NCBI GenBank assembly: GCA_964234715.1
Contig: OZ174290.1
Direction: 5' to 3' (one strand)
Length of the DNA stretch: 64,000 nucleotides
Source of the DNA: Podarcis melisellensis
Taxonomy: Eukaryota
The position numbers were made by a program, and so were the translations under genes. Under the pieces are notes generated by a model, which did not search any database, had not been told where the DNA came from, and saw only the letters and a program-made list of their open reading frames with translations. Positions 37,591 through 51,848 of the stretch are shown here, piece by piece; the stretch's first letter is position 1; every line of letters begins with the position of its first letter.

Positions 37591-38909
37591 AACATACAGC
37601 AGCAGCCACAGTTTGCAAAATGACAGACCATGCACTGTCTGGTGCCTCAGCATTCATGCACATGCATTTATAGCTACATATTCACTTCCAACGTGGGGTC
37701 AAAGTAGATGTGATATTTGTTATGTAGTTTGCACTGGTATGCTTGAATTTTTTAAAAGGCACATAATTGACACAAGGAAGGTTGAGTGGACTGGGATTGT
37801 ATGGGGGGGGGGGCTTAACCCTTTTCTCCTGCTGCAGTTCCAGTCTCCCCAAATGCAATTTAAGGAAGGCTCCTACTTGCGCTAAAGGGAGCTGCTCTGT
37901 CATTGCAAACAGCATGTATGTATGCGAGAGATTCTGATCAGAAACATGAGGGCGGAGAGGCACAGGGTGAAAAACCCATTCCATTCACCATAACCCATCT
38001 TATACAGGACAAACTGCATGACAAATGTTGCATTAGTTTGGCCCTCAGAGATCTAGCTTCTGGATATCATAAGGAGGGAACTGAACTGCAAGGAATGACA
38101 GCTCTAGTGCCTCATAATAACAACGTTCTGACAAGGCATCTCTAAAAATAGATATAGTGATTTTCCAGCAGCATGGATAAAAAAACAGAGATTGTCCCCA
38201 ATAAATAGGGACAGTTGGAGTGAATGCCTGAGCCACATTCCTAAATAGTCTCTCTGAAAACGACACTCTGTAGCAGCCTTCTTCAACTTGCTGCCCTCCA
38301 GATGTTTTGGACTACAATTTCCATCAGCCTCAGTCAGCATGACTAATGAGGGATGATGGGAATTGTAGTCCCAAACACCAGGAGTACACCAGACTGTGGG
38401 AGGATGTTTTATATACCATAGGTGGAGTGAAAGGATATGGCAGGTGTGGTTTTCTAGATATTTCTGAACTTCAACTCCCATCCTCCTTAAGCATTGGCCA
38501 TGCTGGCAGTGGCTGATGGGAGAATCCAGCAACATCTGGAGGGCCATAGATTCCCCATCCTGCTCTGATCTTCATTTTGTTTCCCACAGAGCTCCAGTCC
38601 AAAGTAAGTAACATTGTGGGAAGACTCAGCTGCCTTGCTGCAAGGAAGGGGTAATGCAGCCACTTTCCCCCTGGTGAAACCAATAAATCATACTTATATG
38701 TAGCATGGTGATCCGCAGTGCAAGTGGTTGGCTAGATGGCCCTTGTGGTCCTTTCCAACGCTATAATTCTAAGATAATATGGCTGGCTGGAGATAAGATA
38801 AAGGTCAGACAGGCTGAAGTTGTTGGTGTATGAAGGCAGTGAAGGGTTGCATTAAAATTTGAAAAATGCTGCATAGATGTGCAATTAGATGGTTCCATTT
38901 CATCATCAT

Positions 38910-39214
38910 CTTATTTATTTATACATACATACATACATACATACATACATACATACATACCCCACCCATATATACTCAGGCCACTCTGGACAGCTCCCAA
39001 CAGAATATTGAAAACATGATAAAACCTCAAGCATTAAAAACTTCCCTAAACAGGGCTGTCTTCAGGTGTCTTCTAGAAGTCAGATAGTTGTTTATTTCCT
39101 TGGCATCTGAAGGGAGGGCGTTCCACAGGACGGGTGCCACTACCGAGAAGGCCCTCTGCCTGGGTCCCTGTAACCTCACTTCTCGCAGGGAGGGAACTAC
39201 CAGAAGGCCCTCAG
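38910..39214 (-). mobile_element. L2 3' end with embedded (ATAC)n
   Basis: Reverse-complement match to 14081-14466. Confidence 0.85.
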
Positions 39215-40320
39215 TTTCCTAGTCTGGGTTCTTACTTCTGACAACACATGACTCGTCTGTGGGGGTTGATTCAGAGTCATTGCAAAGTGAGGGACTCCTC
39301 TGTGACCCTTGGAGTCTGGAAGAAAGGATACTTCCCACAGCGCAGTACTGCACACCAGCGGGATCCTCCCCCAGCCTTCAAAGGCAACAGCCGCTTCACC
39401 GAACACTCTGTTCAGAAGCAATTTTGTTGCTGTGGAAATGCTCCTGACGTGTCAGATTGAGGGGGATCCCTGAGCATCAACAGAGACAGCCTGTCTGCCT
39501 GCAAATGCCCCTGATTAGTAGGCAGCACCAGCTAGGAACATAAAATGCTGGCAGCAGCCTTTGCTGTGTGTGCCGTCAGCAAGGTCTGGGGCTGTTGCAT
39601 GGCTTTCTGACAATTGGCTCTAATATTCTATATCTCACAAGGAACCTGTGCCATTTTGATTAAGGGTGGAGACAGATCTAGGTAAATGTAGGATTTTATT
39701 TTATTTTATTTTAAAACGGAGGGATGAGACATTATTTTCTTTTTGTCCCAGCAGTCGCCGGTGCAAGCTAAAATCTGCACCATACCTAGCAGATCACAAT
39801 GTAGTTAAGCCTGCTATTTCTCCTTCCATTTTATATATTTCAAGTCCTTTTTTGTTTTTTAATAACAATTAGCCAGGTGTGATACAGACACACAAGAGAG
39901 CTGGATTGGGACTAGCAGGGAATGAGAATTGTGGTCCCCAAGTAGCTCAGCCCTCACTCTGCAACTGTTTATTACTGATGGAGGAAAGGAATGAGGATCA
40001 GCCATGCAAGAACTAAAGACATGAATAATGTCACATTTAGATTGGGTTTATGGCTAAACACTGATTTTGTGGTTTCAACATCAAACCAGCTTCTCTCTCC
40101 ACCCTGCCCCCCCCCCCCGTTTACCATCCAGTCAGTTTTCTTGAGAACTCAAAAGCTTGCTCACTGTTTTGTGACTTTTAGTTCCGTCCACCCTCCACAT
40201 TTGTGATTCCAAGCAACTGACATTCAGAGGCATATTACCTCTGACAGTGGAGGCAGAATGTAGCTGTTGTGGGTAGTATGCACCTTTGTACAATGGGCTA
40301 CATTCTAGGTGTACAAAAGC

Positions 40321-40460
40321 CATGGGCATAGCCGGGGGGGGGGCAGCTGCCACCCCCTAGATTAAGTAAAACAATACTAAACTAAATGACAAATTACATC
40401 GGTTCTGCCCCCTCTAACAAAAGTCCTGTCCTCTCAACAAAAATCCTGGCTACGCCCAAC
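40321..40460. mobile_element. Short hAT-like MITE
   Basis: Ends CATGGGCATAGCC / GGCTACGCCCA; the TSD is degenerate. Confidence 0.6.
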
Positions 40461-42617
40461 GCAAAAACCAGAGGTTTCTATACTGCACTCCTGCACCTCC
40501 ATCAAATAACCTGCTTAGTATGCAAGAAACATGATCAGTTCAAGGACCATTCCAGCTGGTCAAAAGGAGCAGGACTGGTGAGGGTTGTGACCTGGGGTTT
40601 GGCCTAGAGCAAGGCTCAAGGGACAGATAAAGAGGCAACTAGACCTGAGATTCCCCATTCCTGCCCTAAATGTATTGCTGGAATGTGAAACTGGAATTTT
40701 TAAATAGATCAAACTTCCTTTGTACTGTATTTTAGTTCTAATGATCAGTGTTACTATAATGTAGGCTGGGGGTAGAAGTGGGTGGAGGGTACAAAGCACC
40801 CTTTGGGTGGCTGCAGAAATTAAAACTGTAAGGTCAAGAGGTGAGAATTGCGGGTGTTGCTTAGGTTCTGCTGCACCAGACTGTTAATTCCTTTGCTAAA
40901 AAGGGGATAAAGCTCCAAGGGGGCCTTTAAGCAGTACTGAAGCATAGGAAGGTTGTAAATCCATCAGCTCGTCCCTGCTAATGACATACAGCGGTTTTTA
41001 GTAGTTTGCTCCAGCTTTTCGGCCATTGGAAATAGCAGATGACTGAAACGCCAGTTTCAAATAGCTTGGTTTAGAAGAGCTTGGTTTGGAAGAGCTCTTT
41101 CTTCTCTAGTCCTTTTCCTTCCTTCTTAGCCACAACTGGCAGCACCACCATTTTCCTCTTGTATTTTTATTTCATTTTCAAAAATAACAAGTTTGTATCT
41201 TACTGTTACTGAATGTGATACCTGATTAGTCATATCTGAGCTTTGTTCAAATTTTGTCCAGTACAGTATGTAGTGTTATCTTTCTTATATCTGGCCTCAT
41301 TTCACCACCCTTGGGATCATAGCTTAGTGGCAGAAAGTCTCTTCCAGCCAGTAAGTCTTCTCTATGATCCACTTAACTCACCCATACCCACCTCACAGCC
41401 TTGCTCTACTACAGGAAGTGAGCTGGAAGGGGACAAAAAGTATTCAAGTTGCAGAGGTACAGTATTCAAAAGTATTCAAGTTGCAGAGGTACAGTGTAGG
41501 TTTCATTCCCATCCTCCACTTGAGCTCTGGCAATAAAACGTAGGCCCCCCTACCTGATAAGCCAAACCAGCAAGCACGTGTTTTGCGAGCACATGCACGC
41601 TCTGGTGTCTTCGCATTTGTCCTACTCATTCCTATTGCAGGTAACAGCACGTACTTTTGACAATAGTTTGCTTGCAGTCTGCCCTCGCTGCTCCCACCCT
41701 TGGGACAGAAGAACAGCTGCTACAGAAAGTAGGACTGTAAGAGAGGGTGAGAAAGCAATCAATGGCAGCATGATTCTCACAGATTTTTGCCATGTGACTG
41801 TAATGTGAAGTCTTCAGCCAGCCCAAGCTAGTGCTAGACGGAACGTGGCTATATCAGTTCTAGAGTTGTTGACTGCAGGCCGGTGGTGACTTGAGGCATC
41901 TCAGACGCATCAGGGCTGCATTGTAAATAAATGAAGAGGCAAGCTGCTGCTGCCTGTCACTCCTTAGAGCCTGGGGTCAGGGAGAGAGTTAAGTACGTGA
42001 CATCGGCATTCCTGGTCTTGGTGCTTCAATGGAACATGACATTTTGGTGTCTCAAGTGAATGACACTAATGGCTCCCTCCATGATAAAATACATATTTGT
42101 AATTATAGATTGTACAAGCCGACAGTTTGCAGCCTTTGAATGTTATCTGAAATTTATCACTTGAAGTGGCTCTGTGTCATTGTTGGGCCAGCCCTGCCTG
42201 CTCACTGATGAAAGACGAGTGGCCAATGAGAATGTTTAAGGAACATGGCAGAAGATGTGTCTACTGTATAGTCTTTTTGCTTGTGAAGAGTTGGGCACAA
42301 TCTAGACCTGCTGCATTTTCCTCTCAACAGAATCTGCCTTTAAGGTCTGCACTACTGGCAGAAATCCCAGTAGGTACAACTTATTCCACTTTGCTTACAA
42401 AATAAAATAATCCAGCTTCATTTTTAAAGAGCTACAATCAGATTGTAGATGCTAGCTATTCATAGGGCCAAATATGTGATTCACACTCAGAAAGGCCAGG
42501 ATTAGATTTCTATGTGTTCAGACATGGACCTATGGACAAAATATGTTTCCCTGAGTATTTTAGCGCTTGTGAGTGGGACCCCATACACACAAACCTTGGT
42601 AGTAAATTCCATTGATA

Positions 42618-42925
42618 TTCTTCTTCTTTGGCGATCACTCATAGCCGAGTAAGATTGTCTTCCATAAACATGGTTTTAACAATGAGTCCGTAAGTGACTG
42701 TGGAGGCCAATTCTGAATCCACACGTCCTTCCACAGTGGGGACATTGGTTTCCGGGCAGTAGTTGATCACGGTGTGGATTTGCCAAGAGTGCCTTCCTCC
42801 TAGCAAATTTCTCCCTTGCATCCTGAGTTCGAGTGTCTTCAAAGCCCACGACACCTTTGGTAAAGGCTGTTCTCCAACTGGAGCGCTTGCAGGCCAGTGT
42901 TTCCCAGTTGTCAGTGCTGATATAT
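42618..42925 (-). mobile_element. RTE LINE 3' end with (GAA)n tail
   Basis: The minus strand encodes DNWETLACKRSSWRTAFTKGV...CPHCGRTCGFRIGLHSHLRTHC*. (TTC)n lies at the left end. Confidence 0.85.
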
Positions 42926-43324
42926 TTCTCACTAAACGTGCATAGGATCTTTGCATGTATGTGTGTGCTGGCTCAAGATATTTTGCTGCCTGCAGCAAAG
43001 GACAAGGCAGTATATCTCCCTAGTCAACGTACAGAAGCTGATCAGATGGGTAGTTGAACACTGGTGATAGGTCAGCATCTTTCACTGTACCTGAGGGCAT
43101 TTGACTTGGGGGTACAGAGCAGGCTAGCTTAGAGGACTCGAGGAAAGATAAGAGGATGGGAAGGAAGCTATCTCACTTTGCGTAATAATAGGGCTGGCCA
43201 TGATGTGTGTGTTTGTGTACAGTTGTGCCACAGTGATGTATAAAACAGAGATATTGAGTGTGCATGTATTCTAGCTAGACTTGGAAGTTCCGCACAACTA
43301 TAGGCTAGTTGGTAATATCCCTTT

Positions 43325-44955
43325 CTTGAGCAAGATTCTTGAGTGGGTGGTCACTGAAATTCTAGGCACTCTTGGATGAGAGTCGTTTTCTATATCCGTT
43401 TCCATCAGAATTTTGGCCTGGTTTTGGCACTGAGACTGTATGAAGACATGTATTGTGAGAGAGACAGGGTGCATACATCCCTGTTGAGTGGCTTGAGTTG
43501 GGGATTCTCCATTTACTGCATGATTGGCAGGTTCTGTTCAGTCCTGTGAAACCTCCCCTGTGGAGTTGCACAGGGTTCACTCTTCTCTCTCTCATGCTAT
43601 TCAACTTCTACATGAAATTGCTGAATGGCGTAATCTGGAGATGGGAGTGTGTTATCTTCAATGTGCTAATTGCATGCAATCATGTGTGGCAGGAGATGTG
43701 CTGAAACAGTGCCGGGCTGCAGTAGTAGACTGGATGAGAGCCAATAAATTGAAGCTCAATCCACATAAGACTTGAGACTCTGTTAGTGGGTAGTTCCTCA
43801 GACTAGTTGGTTGGGTGCAACCTGTTCTGGATGGGGTTCCCTTGAAGAAGAGGGGATGCGGCTTAGAATACTTCTAGACTCCTGCTGTCATTGCAGGTAT
43901 AAGTTGCCTCCATTGTACAGGGTGCTGTCCATCAGCCCTTCACCATGTGTCTTCTTCACCCCTTCTTGCTGGCTTTCTCATTGGAGAACTGCATCTGGGA
44001 CGGAAAGGCTTTTGGATGGGGAGCTTTTGGAAACTCTGCTTAGGGTTCCAAATCATTGCCTGGGCCCATAACCTGCTAGCAGATCTTGCAACTTGAGTGA
44101 ATTTTGGTTGTCTATTTATTCTCTGGTAACCTCCAGTTTAGATTACTGCAGTGCATTATACACAGGGCTGCATCTGAAGACAATTGGTGGGGAGTATTGT
44201 TTTGTTGTTGTTGTTTTACTATTTACTTGTGTTTTTACCTTGTGTTTTTATCCTTTGAACCACCCTGAAATCTTGTGATGAAGGGTGGTATATAAATCAC
44301 CACCACCGCCACCATCATCATTCAGAAACTGCACCTTGTGCAGAATTTGTCACACAAATTATTTAATGAGACCTGGCAGCCTGAGCATATAACACCCATT
44401 CTGTCTCGGCTGCACTGACTACCAGTTGGTTTCTAGGCTCAATTCAAAGTGCTAGTTTTGACCTATAAATTCTTCTATGGCTCAGGGCCCCAGTGCCTCC
44501 AAGACCACCTCTTTCAATACAAACCTACCTGAACATTACGATCATAACCATCACCTCTGTGTGCCTCCCTCAAGGGAAATGCAGAGGGTAGGAGCAAGAG
44601 AATGATCCTTTTAAGTGGTGATTCTTTGAGTGTGGGGTGCTCTTCCCAAGGAGGTTCACCTGGCACCACCACTGTCAGATTTAAGGTGCAATGCAATGAC
44701 ATTATTTCCCCCTGCCATTTGGATGTTGACATGGCCTGATTCTGGACCAGTTCTGGGTATTCATCGTTTGGTTGAGTAGGACAAAATATTTTCCTTGTCA
44801 TTGATACTAGTGCATTAACACTTTTAGTACCTAGGTATGGTTTCATTGCTTGGGTTTTGAATTGAATCTTTGTATTTTTAACTTGTTTTGAGTCACTTTG
44901 AGACTGTTTTCTGTAAAAACCGATGATTAAATTTCAGAGGAAATAAATAAATTGT
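43325..44955 (+). mobile_element. Old fragmented L2 LINE (RT region to tail) with internal insertions
   Basis: FLSKILEWVV, PGFGTET, DWMRANKLKLNPHKT, LVTSSLDYCSALY and FKVLVLTYK motifs in order. Confidence 0.85.
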
Positions 44956-47900
44956 GTTCTTCACTATTCCATAAATGCCGCCTTGCTGCTTCCCTGGATG
45001 AGAGACAACATTGGCTGAACAGTCCTGTATAACCAAACAGCAGAAATTCCATCTTGCCATTCTGTCGGTGCCCTTCAGACTGGAATCCAGTGATCTATTC
45101 CCCCCTGGGTTTCCTCCTGGTAGTAGGCTGCTAATCGCAGTCAGCTGTCAGGTGGATGAATGTCTGCTGCATATTAATTGCAAGGGCACATCATTTCACT
45201 GGTAGATTTGCCAGATCAAAGACATTTTGGGGCTATGGAATTTGAAACAGAGACTGCCATTATGTTCTATGGGACTCTTGATGTTCTGGAAGAATGGACA
45301 ACCCTTTACAAGAACAGCATCAGGCTACTCTATTTATTGGTAACCCAGTAGCATTCAAATCCAGGTCTTTAGGGATTGCATGTCCCAAGAGACATGCAAA
45401 TCACAACAGCCTTTCACAGTGCCACAAATCTTCCTTGGCTAGAAAATGATCTATCTTGAACTTCCACAATTGAAAGTTCTACTCATTCAGCTTGAGGATT
45501 ACTGCATTTGCATACATTCCAGCCATTGTTCTCTATCTCTCTGCAACTTTCAGTTCTCAGCAATGCAAAACTGTCTCCTGCTTTTATCTGTCCCTTCCTA
45601 TGTTCCTTACAGCCTGCTCTTTCTTTCTAGCTCCAATCTTTCCACTCCAATCTTTCCACTGCAGCCCCTTCTCTTTGCTTCCCTTGAAATCTACTCCCCT
45701 TCTTGCTGGCTTTCTCATTGGAGAACTGCATTGGAGCTTTTGGAAACTCTGCTTAGGGTTCCAAATCATTGCCTGGGCCCATAACCTGCTAGCAGATCTT
45801 GCAACTTGAGTGAATTGGATTGAAAAGTTCACTTACAGTTTCTGGAGTTTGAAGGCTTTATTTGTGTAGGAAATATTTAAAGGTTTAGTAGAGATGAAAG
45901 AAAGAAATAGCAGACATCTTATCTGGAGAGAACAACAAACAAAATGGCTCAGCTTTTAGGGGTGGAGATAACTTTGACAAAGATGCTTCCAAAGAAGTGC
46001 TGGTTAGATTGCTAGATGAGCAGTGCCCTTATGTGATTTAAAGTAACAAATGGATTAACTAGAAGCTTAAGAGATTAAAATCTATCTGTGGGTTTGCTAT
46101 TGTTCTTTGTCTTCCTATTTAAATTTATATGCTGGAAAATGTTCTGGTCCCGAGCACAAAGTACTTAAGTTCTGTTTGCCTAAGCTGCAGTGGTGACTCC
46201 AGAAGGAATAGGTATAGGCCATTATTAGGGGAGCAAGGATTGAATACCTGCCAAATATGGCCTCAGTAAACTGTGCCTGAAAGCTAGGTGAGCATTTGTT
46301 GGAGCAATAACTATTCTGGGGCTGCACTACCCTTCGGAGTCATTTATGTTAAACAGCATAAGATTTCTTCTTGGTGCAGCTTTAAAGCTTTGGTGTCTGC
46401 CTATGGCACTGAAGTTGGAGAAGTTCACAAGTGGATGCAGTTGGATCCCCATTCAGATAGGGTTGTGGGGGACAGGTGATACTATTGGACAGGTCCATGA
46501 TGTAGGTGGAAAGCTTGTTTTTATTGATTACCTTATTTCGATTGCTTATCGATATATGAATGATATTTCTCCTAGGTATTTTTTTTGCAAAGTATTTACT
46601 TTTTCATTATATAGAACCAGTTTTCCCAGCATCATGCCTATGGGCATCATGGTGGCCACAGGTGTCCCCTTTGGTGCCTGTCAAGCTCCCTCACCCCTTT
46701 AAGAAGAGTTTTGTTTGTCTGAGAGGTTTGCCTGCTTTCACTTTTTTGTCTGTGTTCTTTTTGCTTGGTGGTTTTGCCTTTTGGGGCGAAGTTCTGAGTG
46801 TTGTCAGTTTTTCTTTTGTTGAAATGGGTATTTTGTGGTGCCCAAAACAACTTAAATTTTCAAATGCACCCCAAGCCTAAAAGGTTGGGGACTCCAATCT
46901 ATAATAACAACAAATAATAGAAATTAAGGAAATTTTTTACAACTAAAAATAAAATTAATAACTGAACATTTTGAAAAACAGATGGGCAGTACACAACTGT
47001 GGACAGAAAATGAGGTTTAATAATTATGACCCTGTTGTTACAGTGTTCTGTTTTTAATCAGATTACGTAGGAAGGCAAAGAATTAAGTAAAAGTCGGCAA
47101 TGAGATGAGAATGAATGAATGAATGAGCTGGGGTTATACTTTTGTGTATCGGATGATCAGGGAGTCACACAGATTACTAGGTCACAGCTGTAGCAATTTA
47201 GGCAACACATTTAATTATTATTTATGCATTAATTTGTTTTTTGTAAGGATGGCAATCCAGGTCAGCTGACAACAGTTAAACCATCTAACAATAAAAAGAA
47301 TGATAAAATAAAATTTATTAATTAAAACAGTACAGGAGGCAGAAACAACAGATTTTTTTTTTTAAGTTGGCATGCTTGAGAAATAAAAGTAACGACCTGA
47401 CAATCCAGAGGTCAGTCAAAAAAGAAGGGCCTCACATGCAACCAGTGATCATCAGAGAGAGGGGTGAGTTTGGTCTCCCTAGATAGCAAGCTCCAGTAGC
47501 TTGGCACGGATTTAATTACTGTATATTTGAAGCTCTCAAGAAAGGCATTTTGTATGCTATCTCTGTGTGTGAGAAAGTATTTTTCTACCCTTCTTTTTAG
47601 CTGAAAAGTGGCTTGCATTAAATCTCTGCTGGACATTCCTTCATAGGCCACTCAGAATGCCAGTTCTGAAAATTTGGGGATTTCATCATGAGTATCAAAT
47701 GGAGTCTATGCATAGGATATCGGGATCTCAGTGTAAATTACCGGAGTGAAATTGCTGCATCTCAATCTAAGATGTTCCTCTATGCAGGAATCTCTTCTTT
47801 CTCTAAACAGGAACAGTAGGAAGCAGCCATACACTGGGTCACAATATTTGTGACAACTAGCCTAGTGGTGTCTATAGTAGTGCAGGGATGGCTGTGGAGA

Positions 47901-48052
47901 GCTAATGACGGGCAGAGCTAATTGATTCTAGCTTTGTCCCCATCTTCCTCATTGCTGACCACTACAGTGGCAACCCTGAATTTAAGGAGGAGGAAGCCGA
48001 TAGCCAGGACTGGACCTGGGATTTTCTGCACAGCAAGCATAACAAACAAACA

Positions 48053-48528
48053 AATAAATAAATTTTTATTTATACCCCGCCCTCCCGGCCAGAACCGGGC
48101 TCAGGGAGGCTAACACCAATAAAATTATAATAAAACATAACGGGGGGCGGGACACAACAAAACAAAACCAGTTTATTAAAATGCGGGTTAAAATACAATT
48201 TAAAACGCAGCCTCATTTTAATAGTAGCCCATAGATCAAAACCATAAGGGGAGGGAAACATCAGGGTCAGACTGAGTCCAAACCAAAGGCCAGGCAGAAC
48301 AGCTCGGTCTTGCAGGCCCTGCGGAAAGATGTGAAGTCCCACAGGGCCCCAGTCTCTTGTGACAGAGCGTTCCACCAAGTCGGGGCCAGTACGGAAAAGG
48401 CCCTGGCCCTAGTTGAGACCAATCTAACCACCTTGCGGCCTGGGACCTCCAAAGTGTTGTTATTTGTGGACCTTAAGGTCCTCCGTGGGGCATACCAGGA
48501 GAGGCGGTCCCGTAGTTATGAGGGTCCT
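48053..48528 (-). mobile_element. L2 3' end, young
   Basis: ORF 48267-48452: VRLVSTRARAFSVLAPTWWNALSQE...SFRRACKTELF. Confidence 0.88.
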
Positions 48529-49243
48529 AGTGTGTTTTCCACTAAGCTATGTCCCCTCCGTATAGAAGGCAAGACCGAAGGCATCCTGATTTGCATTCGC
48601 TGATCTGCATAGCCTGATGGTGACGGGCCCAATGTTGTAACAGAGGACTGGACTAGGTGGCTTTTTTGTTCCTTGCAATTATATGATTTGGTGAGTTGCT
48701 TTTTAACATAGCACATAGCACCACCTGCTTACAGTGGTGCAGCATATTGCCATCCTTTGTTAAAATACTGGGCATGAGGTTGGCTTGGTATGTGGCTGGG
48801 GAGTAAGGCATAAAAGTCTGTAGGTAGAAGCTTGGATGGTTGCAGGAAGGGTTAGGCAACTGTTGCCAAGCACTTGGTGGGCCTTTCCATTTTCTTCAAG
48901 GCCTGGCAGTTTTCATCCAAGTTCTGACTCAGACCAGGAGGTGGTTGGTAAACGGTATAAACAGCACTGCATGTTCCCTGCATCAAGGAAGCTCTGCCAT
49001 CTTCCTTGGAATAAATTATGCAAATATACAAACAACTCTAGTGCAGAAGTCATAATACAGGGCTCTTCACAGAAGTTTGAATAAGGACAGGGTGTTCGGC
49101 AGACGAAACAAGCACATTGGTTTGGGTTTTCGAAAAGTGAAAAAGAAATCCAGACAGAAAAGTTGTTGAGCTTTTTTGTTTCGGGTAGAGTTGTTGTTTT
49201 TGGGGTTTTTTTGCAAAACCACAAAGATATTGGATGTTTTGGA

Positions 49244-49692
49244 CAGTGGCGTAGCGTGGGGGGTGCAGGGGGGCTGGCCGCACCGGGCGCAACATCTGGG
49301 GAGGGGGCGCGCTCACACTCGCAGCTCTTTGCCCCTACCTGGCTCACTCACTCACTCTCACTGCAGTGCTGGCTGTGCGAATCCGATCCGAGCCGACGGG
49401 TCGCCGCCCACTGTGGAGGGGGTGGGTGCCAGGCGTGTCGTGCGGAGAGAGAGCGAGGGACTATCTGGGGGAGGGACAGTGCAGCAGCCGCCCAGTGCGG
49501 AGAAAGAGCGAGGACTATCTGGGGGAGGGACAGTGCAGCGGCCACCCAGCGCAGCGCTGAGCGCGGGAGAGAACCACACCAGCCCAGCCCAGGCAGCAGC
49601 AAGAAGAAGCTGGCAGCGGCGGCAGGTTAGGGGTTAGGGGGCGCAAATTACTTGCCTTGCCCCGGGTGCTGACAACCCACGCTACGCCACTG
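49244..49692. mobile_element. GC-rich hAT-type non-autonomous transposon
   Basis: Perfect 17-bp TIRs CAGTGGCGTAGCGTGGG / CCCACGCTACGCCACTG. Exact 8-bp TSD GTTTTGGA at 49236-49243 and 49693-49700. Internal tandem duplication of about 55 bp. Confidence 0.93.
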
Positions 49693-51737
49693 GTTTTGGA
49701 GCTATTTCTGTGGAAAATTGGCTAAAACGACAATGTCAACATGGGCTGCCATACATCTGGATTTTCCTGGACATTTAAGCTAATTTCTCCCAGGTAATGG
49801 GTAAATGGTTAGGAAGAGAAGAGACTAAGGTTTGTCTGCTTTGCACCCCGTTGAGTGTGGTGTGACTTACCATGGAACACTGTTCCTTAGCTTTATGCCA
49901 CAGCCATGTATAAGAGTTTTGACATTTGTAAGAGAGTGTGGTTGCTGAAAGCAGAATGCTGAGCTAGATAGGCCTTTGGTTCAGTCCAGCAAAACTCCTT
50001 ATATTCTCACGCTCTTCACTTACTTTTTGTCCTCCCTCCCTTATTCTCCCCATTTCCTCTTATAAATTATGTCATTTTTAGATTTGTGCAGTTTCAAAAC
50101 GGATATATAACTGGTTGGATGGACCCCAAGCAGCCCTTTCCACCTCTGGGGAAATGAGTGCTCCATCAGTCATGCTCCACTTGATTCATGATAACCAAAC
50201 TTCACTACCTCATTCATCATTACAGTTTGGCGAACATCATCTCTATTGAGATGCAAGGCACTCACTATCTGTAGTTTCTGGCAACAATTGAAGATATTTT
50301 GGTTTCAATAAACTTTTCCAGATGAATGAATGAATGAACATTTTGGTCTTTGCCTTGGGTTTTTATTCGTATTGTTTTAAAACCAATTTTAGGTTGTTTT
50401 GATATTATTTTAAATGCCACTTTTAGTTGTGTTTATTGTACAATAGTAAATTGCCTTGAATGAGAGGTGACTCATAAATAATAATAATGATACTGATGAT
50501 GATTATAATTATGATCATAGCGTAACTCAGTTAATCCTCTATATGCATGCATTTTCTTCCACTTAAACATTAAAAAAGCAAGTCCTACCTGCAGACTTCC
50601 AGTCAAAACAGTTGTCTGCAGAGATGGTTTGAATGCACTAGGGCCGTTTTGTTACAAGTTTAGAGTCAGATTTCTATGTAGAAAGGTAGCTCCTTGCTTC
50701 TGCCTCAGAGGATGAATAAGTAATGGTCAGCACAACATCCCATGGCAAAAAACCATGTTAACTATGTGTTGTCCAAGTTATATCCTTTGGTTTCCATTGA
50801 ACTCACTACAATGAATTTTAGCAACTAAATGACCTTGAATACAAGTGCATTAAGGAAGTGAGAGAATAATTTATCTTTATTTGCTTTCTCAAGCTGGTTC
50901 ATAGTTCTATATGCCTCTGTCATATCCCATTGCTCTTTTTCCCCTCTGAATCAAAAAAGAGTCCAACATTTTAGTTAGGGGGGAAAAACAGCTAAGGGAC
51001 AACATGATAGAAGCTGATGGTATCTGGAATGTCTTTGTATTAGTTGTAGAATTGTATTCCTTTAAAGAGATGGCTAATTTATCAAATACTGTAATGTTTT
51101 AACAACATGTCACATACGTGTTTGGTTCAAGTTAGATAGGATGAGTGAACTCTGAAACAATCTTTGTGAAAGGAATCCCCCCCCCCTTTTTTACTTCCTC
51201 TTCTCTTCTCGCACCCTCTTGTGGAGGTGGGTTGCCACTTACTCCTAAACCCTCCTCTCCCCACACCATCCAGCCACCTCCCAGCACCGCAACTAGAAAA
51301 AGGCCCTTGGCACTTTTTGTCAGAGAAGCACCATGACTGGAACTTTGAGTGTCCCCTTAAGAGAGCCTGGCTCTCTTAATAACCCCAGCCCCTGTATGGA
51401 GAGATGCATGAAGTATGCATTTGTGTGCTTGGAGGTTTTTTCGACAAAGAGGTGCAGAATACCTGTCTTGTTGGCAACCCATGCTACGCCACTGGCTAGA
51501 ATGTTTATTTTTGGCATGTTTCTTTTTAACCTGTAAGGAATTGTGTGTGCGTTTAATTAGTGGAGGGCATTAAAAAACATGGCCCCCATCTTCAGTGTGA
51601 AGTAGAATTCTACTATCTGTAATGTGTAGATTGGGTCTAATATCAGGGAAATGCTAGCCTCTGCATTTGAGATGCTGGCCAGAACCAAGTACTAAGGGAC
51701 AGACTCTCAGAATAAGCTAATTTGGATGGCATGCTAA

Positions 51738-51848
<111 letters not shown>

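Noticed and set aside
49163-49637. 150-aa GC-rich ORFs
   Set aside because: They lie almost entirely within the non-autonomous hAT element and show no transposase motifs.
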